Position numbers and translations under genes: made by a program. This document shows positions 19,720 to 28,114 of a DNA stretch of 64,000 bases, piece by piece. Numbering within the stretch: the stretch's first letter is position 1; the number at the start of each line of letters is the position of its first letter. The DNA comes from an uncultured delta proteobacterium (GTDB lineage Bacteria > Desulfobacterota > RBG-13-43-22): contig CAVQFQ010000017.1 of NCBI GenBank assembly GCA_963711835.1, positions 480,001 through 544,000 of the forward strand. The letters are read 5' to 3'. The notes below the pieces were generated by a model. It was given only the letters and a program-made list of their open reading frames with translations, did no database searches and had not been told where the DNA came from.

Positions 19720-20128
19720 CTGAACGGCTCACCTCCTTCTTCAGCAGCGCAGCGTTTCGTTCCAGGAATTCCATCACGGACTCAACCGCTGCCATCTCAA
19801 CAAGCCCGAGTCCGTAGTGACTCGCCAAGTAGCAGAACGCAAAGGCCAGACGCGGATCTGACAACACCGCACCCTGGCTCGCGAGGTTCGCGACGTAGCT
19901 GGCCAACGCCGAGTCGGTCGCACGCTTCAGGGTCGCGCCGCGAGAAGGCAGGCTTCGAAACTTCAGGGCTACCGCGGGAGCAAGGTGAAAGAGCTCCTGC
20001 TCGTCAATGCGTTGACCGACGGCGGGGCCGAAGGGAATTGCCTCTCGAGCGTCTGCGTACGCCGCCCGGATTTCCTCCAGCCACGCTTCCGGCGTTGCTG
20101 GGAGCTCTCGTTGTTCCAGTCTCTTCAC
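19712..20128 (-). CDS. Hypothetical cassette protein (GC-rich), stop supplied by repeat B
   Basis: Begins just after attC 3; no own attC; TGG TAA lies inside repeat B. Confidence 0.6.
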   Translation of the reverse strand: MKRLEQRELPATPEAWLEEIRAAYADAREAIPFGPAVGQRIDEQELFHLAPAVALKFRSLPSRGATLKRATDSALASYVANLASQGAVLSDPRLAFAFCYLASHYGLGLVEMAAVESVMEFLERNAALLKKEVSRSVW

Positions 20129-20142
20129 ATCTTCCTCGTGAA

Positions 20143-20206
20143 GCCCAACGCCCCGGCTGACCCGACGGGTGCTTTTGCCCGGTCGGTGTCGAGCCGGTTG
20201 TTATGT
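20143..20206 (-). other. Integron attC site 3
   Basis: Minus strand ACATAAC...GTTGGGC with arms CCGGCTCGAC / GTCAGCCGG. Confidence 0.8.
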
Positions 20207-20213
20207 GAAGCGA

Positions 20214-20624
20214 TCACTTTATACTCACAGGAGGTGCTTTTGATGAAACGTTTTCTTTTGTGGTGGCGGTCTCACCAAGTTCTTTCAGAGGTGTTGTCGC
20301 CTTTGTACTTATGCCTTTATCAATCTTGGTTTGTGGCTGGGTATGTTCTCTCTGCCACCAGCGAATATCTGGACCGTATTTTTGGATTAATCCTCCAAAT
20401 ATTGCGGATAGGGCGCTGATAATGGCAGCGATTATGACGATTCGTTTGTTTAACTTGTGTTGCTCTACCATGATTTCTCTATTTAATCGTTGCTGCTCTT
20501 TTATTAGGTGCTCCTCCCATTCCATTTGTGCAAGAAACGGAGCAGGGCTGCCATCTTTAAAATCCCTTGCTTTTGCCAGAGCAATTTTGGCTTTCTCTTC
20601 CTCTGTCATGGCTTTATCGGTCAT
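20214..20624 (-). CDS. Hypothetical membrane protein, complete gene cassette
   Basis: One predicted TM segment; bounded by GTTATGTGA at its 5' end and TCACATAAC at its 3' end. Confidence 0.65.
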   Translation of the reverse strand: MTDKAMTEEEKAKIALAKARDFKDGSPAPFLAQMEWEEHLIKEQQRLNREIMVEQHKLNKRIVIIAAIISALSAIFGGLIQKYGPDIRWWQREHTQPQTKIDKGISTKATTPLKELGETATTKENVSSKAPPVSIK

Positions 20625-20633
20625 TTATTCCTC

Positions 20634-20689
20634 ACATAACGCGAAGTTCACCGGGAGCGTTAGCGATCCGGGGGAACGTCTTGATAGAC
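20634..20689 (-). other. Integron attC site 4 (R'' degenerate)
   Basis: Minus strand GTCTATC...GTTATGT with arms GTTCCCCCGG / CCGGTGAAC. Confidence 0.7.
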
Positions 20690-20698
20690 CACACACAG

Positions 20699-21130
20699 TT
20701 ATAATTCCTTTTTTTGCCACGCAGAATAAACAAAATAAAATGCGGGTACCGCTATAATGGGTATGAGTAATGCACCAAATCCTTCAGAACGAAAGAACAC
20801 ATAAGTAAACGAAACAGTCCCGATCAATATAACTAATCCAAATACTACAGCAACAGTACGCATATGCGCGTTTGCAAACAATGAAGAGCAAGTTTTTAAT
20901 GCAGCGAAAGCAGATAATCCATTCATTAGCATGCCACGAATAATTGCTGTCAGCAGACCGGGGTTGTCTGCCTCGCTAGCACCACCAAATCTCTCCGGAA
21001 TAAATATTTTACCGAAAAAAATTAATAATTTTTCAAGTACCGGTGTTACCAGATAAATCATGATCAGATAGATAGCAACACTTGCAAGTGCTGCAACAAT
21101 AGTTTGCCAGATAGAAGAAGAACGATTCAT
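20699..21130 (-). CDS. Hypothetical multi-TM membrane protein (cassette)
   Basis: About four hydrophobic segments, AT-rich, followed by attC 4. Confidence 0.65.
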   Translation of the reverse strand: MNRSSSIWQTIVAALASVAIYLIMIYLVTPVLEKLLIFFGKIFIPERFGGASEADNPGLLTAIIRGMLMNGLSAFAALKTCSSLFANAHMRTVAVVFGLVILIGTVSFTYVFFRSEGFGALLIPIIAVPAFYFVYSAWQKKEL

Positions 21131-21211
21131 ATTGCTACTCCAAATAATAGATTCATACGGTCTTTCGGGTTCGTCTCAACATATTGTGATTATTGGTTTT
21201 AATCCTCTGGT

Positions 21212-21454
21212 TTATTCACCACTGCAGTAGGCTTCCCATTGCCACACATGCAAGCCCCACCCGGAAAAAAATTTTGTCAATGTAGCATACGGTCGCTTCG
21301 CGGTACGATCCATCTTCGGCTGTCTTAACGATGTATTTCCATACTTCTTTTCTTTCTTGCTCCTCGCTGAAAGGGTATATTTATTCTCGATTTTGATCGC
21401 GAAAGCCAAGCATATCGTCCCCAATATAACAAGCAATATGCCACCATGACCCAA
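21212..21454 (-). pseudogene. Possible 5'-truncated gene fragment
   Basis: Weak ORF beginning at a TGACCC motif junction. Confidence 0.3.
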
Positions 21455-21458
21455 TGAA

Positions 21459-21568
21459 GGGGTCAGGTCTGCTCTTGGCTCTTTCTTTTTCCCCCTACGC
21501 CAACTCCATTTTAATTTCCCCCCACCTCAACTCTAGCACCTTATAATCCCAAGGTCAGCCACCTGAAA
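21459..21568 (+). repeat. Direct repeat C, diverged copy at 22471-22581
   Basis: GGGGTCAGGTCTGCTCTTGGCTCTTTC...TTATAATCCCAAGGTCAGCCACCTGAAA versus GGGATCAAGTCCTGCTTTTAGCTCTTTC...TTATAATCCCAAGGTCAGCCCCCTGAAA. Confidence 0.9.
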
Positions 21569-21827
21569 GGCCACCTCCAAGGAGCCGGAAAATAAAAAAG
21601 GCCCTGCTGCTCGATTATGAGGCAGGGCCTTCACGTTCCATTCATCCTCCCGCATTTAAGGTTAGACGAGAAAAAGAAAAGGGAAATTAACCGGATAGCC
21701 AGTGAATAGCATAGAAAATTTCCCCTGTCAATACATAGCGGGTTTTGGGATTTATGGAATTTTTTCCTAAGGCTTGACAAGGCCGCCTTACTAATGTATT
21801 GTATTTTGTAAGGAGGATTTGCAACCT

Positions 21828-22070
21828 ATGCTCGTCAAGATCACCAGCAAGCGACAAGTTACCTTTCCGGCACAGGTTTTGAAGGCACTGGGAGTTCATC
21901 CCGGTGAAAGTCTCGAACTGGTGAAGGGACCGGACGGCTTTCTCCTGCGCCCCCGCCGCATTGATACTTCCCGACTGGCGCCCCTGCGAGGGAAACTTAA
22001 CCGCGGCCAGGGAAATTTCAACCTCGAAACTTTTCGAAATGAGCCCCATGACCAAACGCTTCGGGATTGA
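21828..22070 (+). CDS. AbrB/MazE antitoxin
   Basis: VKITSKRQVTFP; upstream TTGACA and CCTTAC...GTAAGG inverted repeat. Confidence 0.8.
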   Translation: MLVKITSKRQVTFPAQVLKALGVHPGESLELVKGPDGFLLRPRRIDTSRLAPLRGKLNRGQGNFNLETFRNEPHDQTLRD

Positions 22071-22446
22071 CACCTCTATCCTGGTTCGTCTGGCAACCGG
22101 GGATCCTAAAGCTGGATTTGAACAGTGCATGCGAAGGCTAACTCGGTTGGTCGAGGAAGGTCAGGCCGAAATCTTCGCCTCTAATCAAGTTATTGGCGAA
22201 GCCTATATTGCCTTGCAGCACCACTATGGGGTCAGCAAATCGGACGCGCGTGCCGCCCTGACCAGTGTCCTGAGCAGCGGAATGGTGTCTCCCTTGAATG
22301 GAATATCCGTCTTCGAAGACCTCGCAGCCAGGGGCGGTTGCGGTCTTCTCGATCGATTGATTGCCGGCGATTATCGACGCGCGGAATTGGTCACTCTCAC
22401 TCTGGATCGTCGGATGGTTTCCCTCCCGGATGTTCAGGCTTTATAA
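22048..22446 (+). CDS. PIN-domain toxin (VapC-like)
   Basis: GIDTSILVR...GEAY...LLDRLI...TLDRR. Confidence 0.8.
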   Translation: MTKRFGIDTSILVRLATGDPKAGFEQCMRRLTRLVEEGQAEIFASNQVIGEAYIALQHHYGVSKSDARAALTSVLSSGMVSPLNGISVFEDLAARGGCGLLDRLIAGDYRRAELVTLTLDRRMVSLPDVQAL

Positions 22447-22470
22447 CTCTTCAGTTAGATCAATTTAATA

Positions 22471-22581
22471 GGGATCAAGTCCTGCTTTTAGCTCTTTCTT
22501 TTTCCCCTACGCCATACTCCATTTCAATTTCCCCCCACCTCACCTCTGGCACATTATAATCCCAAGGTCAGCCCCCTGAAA
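22471..22581 (+). repeat. Direct repeat C, copy 2 (upstream of tpx)
   Basis: Matches 21459-21568. Confidence 0.9.
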
Positions 22582-22611
22582 TGCCGATCCCAAAAAACTT
22601 TCTTCCGGCCC

Positions 22612-22649
22612 TTGACTTTCATAAAATAGGATTAATAATAATTATTATC
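22612..22649 (+). promoter_or_regulatory. Putative promoter with overlapping Fur/PerR-like box
   Basis: TTGACT at 22612; ATTAATAATAATTATTATC (22631-22649) matches 15 of 19 positions of the Fur consensus GATAATGATAATCATTATC. Confidence 0.5.
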
Positions 22650-22670
22650 AAAAAAGGGGAGGGGACAACT

Positions 22671-23186
22671 ATGGAAGAACGGACTGGTCTGGTAAGCCTG
22701 CAAGGGAATCCTCTGACATTATTAGGCCCGGAGCTTAAAGTGGGAGACCAGGCGCCGGAGTTTGAGGTCTTGGATAATAATCTGTCTCCCATCCAGTTGG
22801 CTTCATTTAAAGGAAAGATAATCATCCTGGCTTCGGTACCCTCTCTGGATACGCCGGTGTGTGACCTGGAAACCCGGCGTTTCAATACCGAAGCCGGAAA
22901 ACTGGATCCGGACATCCGGATACTGACCATCAGTATGGATTTGCCTTTTGCCCAGAAGCGCTGGTGCGGGGCAGCCGGGGTGGATAAGGTCGTTACGCTT
23001 TCCGACCACCGGACAGCTTCTTTCGGAAGCGCCTACGGCGTCCTGATCAAGGAACTGCGCCTCTTGGCCAGGGCTGTTTTTGTCTTGGACCGGGAGGGAG
23101 TCATCCGCTATATCCAGGTCCTCCCGGATCTGGCCCAGGAGCCGGATTATGACGAAGTAATCAAGGTTGTTGAAAAACTGGTCTAA
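22671..23186 (+). CDS. tpx: Thiol peroxidase
   Basis: VPSLDTPVC, SMDLPFAQKRWC, LLARAVFV and EPDYD. Confidence 0.92.
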   Translation: MEERTGLVSLQGNPLTLLGPELKVGDQAPEFEVLDNNLSPIQLASFKGKIIILASVPSLDTPVCDLETRRFNTEAGKLDPDIRILTISMDLPFAQKRWCGAAGVDKVVTLSDHRTASFGSAYGVLIKELRLLARAVFVLDREGVIRYIQVLPDLAQEPDYDEVIKVVEKLV

Positions 23187-23204
23187 ACATAAAAAGGAAA
23201 CCCC

Positions 23205-25181
23205 ATGGAAACTGAAAAAAAGAACGAAAACAAGATTGCCCCTTTGAAGATTCAAGATGTGACCACCTGCAAGGCCACGGCCCAGATGCTCGAAAAGGCC
23301 GAAAGAGACGGGGTTGAAACCGCCTTTCACCGGGCGGCCGTCATGAAGGCCTGCCCGATCGGGGCCGAGTCGGCCTGTTGTAAGCACTGCGCCATGGGAC
23401 CTTGCCGGCTGAGCGGAAAGGATCCCTACGGCAAGGTCGGGGTCTGCGGTGCGACCATTGATACTATTATGTCCCGGAATTTTGCCCGTATGGTAGCCGC
23501 CGGCGCTGCCGCCCACACCGACCACGGGATGAGCATGCTGGAGTTGTTCCGGGAGGTGATCAACGGGAAAATCAAAGATTATTCCATTAAAGACCCTATA
23601 AAGCTGGAAGCCTTGGCCCTTGAACTTGGAATAGAGGTGGAAGGCCGAGCCCTGATCGAAATTGCCAACGAGGTCTATCGTGAACTGGAACGGACCTATA
23701 TTCAGGTGGAGGGTGAAATTCCTTTTGTCAAGCGGGTGCCTGAGAAAACGCTGGAAACGTGGCGCAAGCAGGGCATTGTTCCCCGGGGAGCCATGCGCGA
23801 GATCATGGAATTGATGCACCGGACCCATATGGGGGTCGATCAGCATTACGAGAATATCACCAAACAATCCAGCCGAACGGCCCTGGCCGACGGCTGGGGC
23901 GGCTCCATGGTGGCCACCGAAATTTCCGATATCCTCTTCGGAACGCCGATCCCGGTAAAGGTGGAAGTTAACATGGGCGTCCTTAAAGAGGAAGAAGTCA
24001 ACATCATCATCCACGGCCACGAACCGAATCTTTTCGAGTCCATCCTGGCTTCGGTCAATGACCCGGCCCTGCTGGCCGAGGCCAAGGCCGCCGGGGCCAA
24101 GGGTTTGAATCTGGTCGGCATGTGCTGTTCCGGTTTGGAAATGGTCTCCCGCCACGGGATTCCCCATGCCGGCAACTTTATGTCCACCGAGGCCGTTCTG
24201 GTAACCGGTGCGGTGGATGCCTTGGCCGTTGATGTCCAGTGCATCAAGCAGGGACTGGCCAGGGTGGCCGAGTGCTACGGGACCCGGATGTTCACGACCA
24301 ATCCCCGATGCCGGATTGAAGGGGCCGAACATATTGCCTTCCACGAGGACCAGCCCCGGGCCTGCACCGACGCCATCGTCAGGATGGGCATTGAACGATT
24401 TAAAAATAGAAAGCTGCCCATAGAAATACCCCAGATACGGAATATCGGGGTACATGGTTTTTCCCATGAATATATCAATTACATGCTGGGGGGGACCTTC
24501 CGGGGTTCTTACCGGCCCCTGAACGACAACATCATCAACGGCCGGATTCGAGGGGTCGCCGGGGTTGTCGGTTGTACCAACCCCAGGGTCAAACAGGACT
24601 GGGTCCACGTCGAATTGGTTAAGGAACTGATCAAAAACGATATCCTGGTGGTCCAGACCGGCTGCTCCCAGATCGCCCTGGCCAAGGCCGGCCTGTATCT
24701 TCCCGAAGCCGCTTACCTGGCCGGACCGGGTTTGCGGGAGGTCTGCGAGGCCGTGGGCATGCCCCCGGTTCTGGGCCTTGGCGCCTGTGTGGACAACAGC
24801 CGCGTTTTAACCGCCTGCGCGGAAATGGTCCGCAACGGGGGCCTGGGCAACAGCATCGCCGATCTGCCGGTAGCCGGAGCCGCCCCGGAATGGATGAGTG
24901 AAAAGGCCATCTGCATCGGCCAGTATTTTGTGGCCTCGGGTGTTTATACCATCTTTGGAGTCACCTTCCCCATTATCAAAGAGACCAAATTTCACAAGCT
25001 CCTTTTCGAAGGGTTGGAGGAAGGGGGATTGGGGAAATGGGGCTTCACCGCCGATCCTTATGAAATGGCCCGAATGATGATCGAGCATATCGACCGCAAG
25101 CGCCAGGCCCTCGGCATTGATAAGAGCCGGGAGAGAGTCCTGGTCGATATGGATACCCGGCGCCAAATGGAGGCGGCTTAG
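23205..25181 (+). CDS. cooS: Anaerobic Ni,Fe carbon monoxide dehydrogenase catalytic subunit
   Basis: CCKHCAMGPC, GVCGA, AAHTDH, HGHEP, MCCSG, DVQC, VGCTN, GACVDNSR and PEWMSEKA. Confidence 0.93.
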   Translation: METEKKNENKIAPLKIQDVTTCKATAQMLEKAERDGVETAFHRAAVMKACPIGAESACCKHCAMGPCRLSGKDPYGKVGVCGATIDTIMSRNFARMVAAGAAAHTDHGMSMLELFREVINGKIKDYSIKDPIKLEALALELGIEVEGRALIEIANEVYRELERTYIQVEGEIPFVKRVPEKTLETWRKQGIVPRGAMREIMELMHRTHMGVDQHYENITKQSSRTALADGWGGSMVATEISDILFGTPIPVKVEVNMGVLKEEEVNIIIHGHEPNLFESILASVNDPALLAEAKAAGAKGLNLVGMCCSGLEMVSRHGIPHAGNFMSTEAVLVTGAVDALAVDVQCIKQGLARVAECYGTRMFTTNPRCRIEGAEHIAFHEDQPRACTDAIVRMGIERFKNRKLPIEIPQIRNIGVHGFSHEYINYMLGGTFRGSYRPLNDNIINGRIRGVAGVVGCTNPRVKQDWVHVELVKELIKNDILVVQTGCSQIALAKAGLYLPEAAYLAGPGLREVCEAVGMPPVLGLGACVDNSRVLTACAEMVRNGGLGNSIADLPVAGAAPEWMSEKAICIGQYFVASGVYTIFGVTFPIIKETKFHKLLFEGLEEGGLGKWGFTADPYEMARMMIEHIDRKRQALGIDKSRERVLVDMDTRRQMEAA

Positions 25182-25236
25182 ACCGTCCCCCGGCCGGAAT
25201 ATGGATTTCAGGGAGAAGCCGTAAAGGTGTTAAGGG

Positions 25237-26757
25237 ATGAAAGCAGTCTCGGCTCTTGAATACCACCGGCAAACCAGCTATCAGCGTCATAAGATGACCG
25301 CCCATTTTATGGATTGGGCCAACCAGCCCAATCCTTATAAAGGGTATCCCGGGGTTGAACCCATCCTGCTTCCCCAGGATACCTCCTTTCCCAATGACCT
25401 CCTTTCGCAAGTCTTGAAAAAGGAGTCCGAAGGCCAATTCCCGGCCTGGATCCAGCAAGAGCAACTGGCCCGGATTTTTCAACTTACCTACAGTCTGACC
25501 GCTAAAACCCGGCAACCCGAGGGAAGCTTTTATTACCGCAGCGTAGCCTCGGCCGGGGCCCTCTATCCCACTGAAATCTATCTGGCGGCCCAGGGCATAA
25601 AGGGTCTGGATAATGGACTCTACCATTTCTCCATTGCCCAGCAGGGTCTGAATCCCCTCCGGAAAGGAGACTTTTTAACGGTCCGGGCCAAGGTCGATCC
25701 AAACGAGGGGGAGCCTCCTGGGCTTCTTTTCTTCTTGTCGGCCATTTTATTCCGAAGTGCCTGGAAATATCGGGACCGGGCCTTCCGCTATCATCTCCTC
25801 GACACAGGGCACCTGATTGAGAATTTGCTCCTGGCCTTAAAAGCCCTTGGCCTCCCCGGTTCGCTTTCGTATGATTTTGATGACCGGCAGGTTACCCGAT
25901 TTCTGGGCCTGGATGCCCAAAGGGAGATTCCTCTGGCCCTGGTTGCGGTTGCCGAAGCCAAACTCCAAACCCGGGATCCCTTGAAGGTCATGCCGGAACT
26001 GGCCCCGGCCATGATCAGTGCCTGTCAGGTTTCCCAGGCCGAAAGGCCATACCCTTTGATAGAGGCGGCTTATCAGGCCGGGAGTACCGTGCGCCGGCCG
26101 GAGGAAGCAAGCTCCGACAACCTCCCTTCGATCGGATTGACTCCAAAGCAGGAGATCCCTTTACGACCAGCGCCAGCCTGGCCGGAAATTATGGCTTATC
26201 CGGATGCCGTTATCCAACGGCGCTCCCGGCGCAATTATTTGAAAGACCCTATTCCCCGGGAAGCCCTGACGGCCTTACTGGAAAGCCTGACTCGTGATGA
26301 AACGGATCGAACCCGGGGATTGCCGGCCGTCCCCGACCTTCTTTCTCTCGGCCTTTTGATCGGACGGGCCGAGGGATTTGAACCGGGTTTTTATCTGTTG
26401 GATCCCTCAAGGTCCCATTTGAGTTTGGTTCATCCGGGGCTATTTATGAAGGCCATGGCCCGGATCTGTTTGGACCAGGACTGGCTGGCTAATGGGGCCG
26501 TCCATTTTCTCTTTATCACGAATCTCAAAACACTGGAGGAGCGTTTCGGGGCGCGGGGCTATCGCTACGCCATGCAGACGGCCGGCCGGTTGGGAGAACG
26601 GTTATATCTCCTTAGTACCGCACTGGGCCTGGGCTGCTGCGGCATCGGGGCTTATTATGATCAGGAAGCGGCGGACCTGTTGGGGCTGGATGAAGCCTCC
26701 CGGCTTCTCTATTTGGTGGCTGTCGGACCGGTTAAAAAAAGTTCTATGACCAAATGA
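25237..26757 (+). CDS. SagB/ThcOx-type double nitroreductase-domain protein
   Basis: RSVASAGALYPTE, WKYRDRAFRY, second RRSRRNY domain, GCCGIGAYYD. Confidence 0.85.
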   Translation: MKAVSALEYHRQTSYQRHKMTAHFMDWANQPNPYKGYPGVEPILLPQDTSFPNDLLSQVLKKESEGQFPAWIQQEQLARIFQLTYSLTAKTRQPEGSFYYRSVASAGALYPTEIYLAAQGIKGLDNGLYHFSIAQQGLNPLRKGDFLTVRAKVDPNEGEPPGLLFFLSAILFRSAWKYRDRAFRYHLLDTGHLIENLLLALKALGLPGSLSYDFDDRQVTRFLGLDAQREIPLALVAVAEAKLQTRDPLKVMPELAPAMISACQVSQAERPYPLIEAAYQAGSTVRRPEEASSDNLPSIGLTPKQEIPLRPAPAWPEIMAYPDAVIQRRSRRNYLKDPIPREALTALLESLTRDETDRTRGLPAVPDLLSLGLLIGRAEGFEPGFYLLDPSRSHLSLVHPGLFMKAMARICLDQDWLANGAVHFLFITNLKTLEERFGARGYRYAMQTAGRLGERLYLLSTALGLGCCGIGAYYDQEAADLLGLDEASRLLYLVAVGPVKKSSMTK

Positions 26758-26771
26758 AGGTTAGTACCTTT

Positions 26772-27018
26772 TTTTTGCCACAGACGAACGCAGACCCTGC
26801 GTATGCGATCCGCGGGCAGGCGCGGCGGAATTTTTATTCCCGTTCGACCCCGGACAATACCTACGGGGCAGGCTATGAACGGGCATAACACGCCATCGCT
26901 TCGCGAGGAAAAACTTTAGTTGCGCCAAAGGCGCTGACGATTAGGGTGGCGGCATGCGGCGAGCTCAGCCGAGCGGCAAGTCGCCGCCACCCTGTCTTGT
27001 CTTTGTCTGTGGCAAAAA
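26772..27018. repeat. MITE-like intergenic element
   Basis: 14-bp terminal inverted repeat TTTTTGCCACAGAC / GTCTGTGGCAAAAA with nested small palindromes. Confidence 0.6.
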
Positions 27019-27097
27019 TCTTTTCCGAATTTTTTGGGTTGGGAATAAAGAGTAAAAGCAGGCCATAAATAAAATCTAAAATAAAAGGAGACCACCC

Positions 27098-27592
27098 ATG
27101 AGCAAGACCGAACAAAATTTATTGGAAGCCTTTGCCGGCGAATCCCAGGCCAACCGAAAATATCTGGCCTTTGCCAGAAAGGCCGAGCAGGAGGGGTACC
27201 CGGCGGCCGCAAAACTGTTCCGAGCCGCAGCCGAAGCGGAAACCATTCATGCCCACGCCCATCTGCGGGTTTTGGGCAAGGTGGGCAAAACCGCGGATAA
27301 TCTGAAGGAGGCCATTGCCGGAGAAACACACGAGTTCAAGGAGATGTATCCCCTCATGATCGCCACCGCCCTGACCGAAGGAAATAAGGGCGCCGAGCGC
27401 AGCTTCGCTTATGCCAATGCCGTGGAAAAGGTCCATGCCGACCTCTATCAAAAAGCCCTTGATAATTTAGGCCGGGCCGGGGAAGTGGACTATTACGTCT
27501 GCTCGGTCTGCGGCAATACCGTAGAAAAGGAAGCCCCGGAAACCTGCCCGGTCTGCGGCGCCAAGGCCAAGGCCTTTTTTAAGGTAAGTTAG
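27098..27592 (+). CDS. rbr: Rubrerythrin
   Basis: AFAGESQANRKY, EAETIHA, GETHE, EKVH and CSVCG...CPVCG. Confidence 0.92.
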   Translation: MSKTEQNLLEAFAGESQANRKYLAFARKAEQEGYPAAAKLFRAAAEAETIHAHAHLRVLGKVGKTADNLKEAIAGETHEFKEMYPLMIATALTEGNKGAERSFAYANAVEKVHADLYQKALDNLGRAGEVDYYVCSVCGNTVEKEAPETCPVCGAKAKAFFKVS

Positions 27593-27619
27593 CTTCTAAA
27601 TAGTGCAGCAATATTTATA

Positions 27620-27762
27620 TTCACCGCAAAGACGCAAAGGACGCAAAGAAGAATATTTTTGCTTTCCGCTGAGACGGCGGAAAGCAAAATGAAAAATTCT
27701 TCTCTTGGCGATCTTAGCGCCTCGAACGAGTCCCGCTTTTAGCGGGACGAGTGGGCGGTGAA
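27620..27762. repeat. Nonamer-type inverted repeat element
   Basis: TTCACCGCAAAGACGCAAAGGACGCAAAG ... GCGGTGAA with internal hairpins. Confidence 0.6.
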
Positions 27763-27785
27763 AAAATTTTATTAGGAGATAACGT

Positions 27786-27995
27786 ATGGCCAAGCCTGAC
27801 GAGATGTACCAATGCCAGTCCGTCAATTGCGGCTGCATTTACGACCCGGACCGGGGCGACAAGCGCGGTAAGGTGCCCAAAGGCACCTGCTTCGCCGATC
27901 TTTCCGATGAATGGCGCTGTCCGATTTGCGGTGCTACCAAGAAAAACTTTCGGCCGCTGGGCGGTCCCGACTCCACCGCCGCCGAAAGAGCCTAA
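27786..27995 (+). CDS. Rubredoxin
   Basis: YQCQSVNCGCIYDP...FADLSDEWRCPICGA. Confidence 0.9.
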   Translation: MAKPDEMYQCQSVNCGCIYDPDRGDKRGKVPKGTCFADLSDEWRCPICGATKKNFRPLGGPDSTAAERA

Positions 27996-28013
27996 ATCCT
28001 GCACTGCTTTTTA

Positions 28014-28066
28014 TTCACCACGAAGACACAGAGAACACCCCGTGCCCTTTGTGCCTCTGTGGTGAA
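28014..28066. repeat. Short nonamer-type inverted repeat
   Basis: TTCACCACGAAGACACAGAG / CTTTGTGCCTCTGTGGTGAA. Confidence 0.55.
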
Positions 28067-28114
28067 ATAGTCTGTCTGCTTCTATCTGTAGCTAAAAAAA
28101 TCTGGAGGAGAATC

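Noticed and set aside
21173-21212. Fifth attC site (GTCTCAAC at 21173)
   Set aside because: No convincing inner palindrome or matching opposite end.
25237-26757. RiPP (azole) biosynthesis from the SagB-like gene
   Set aside because: No YcaO, precursor peptide or transporter nearby.
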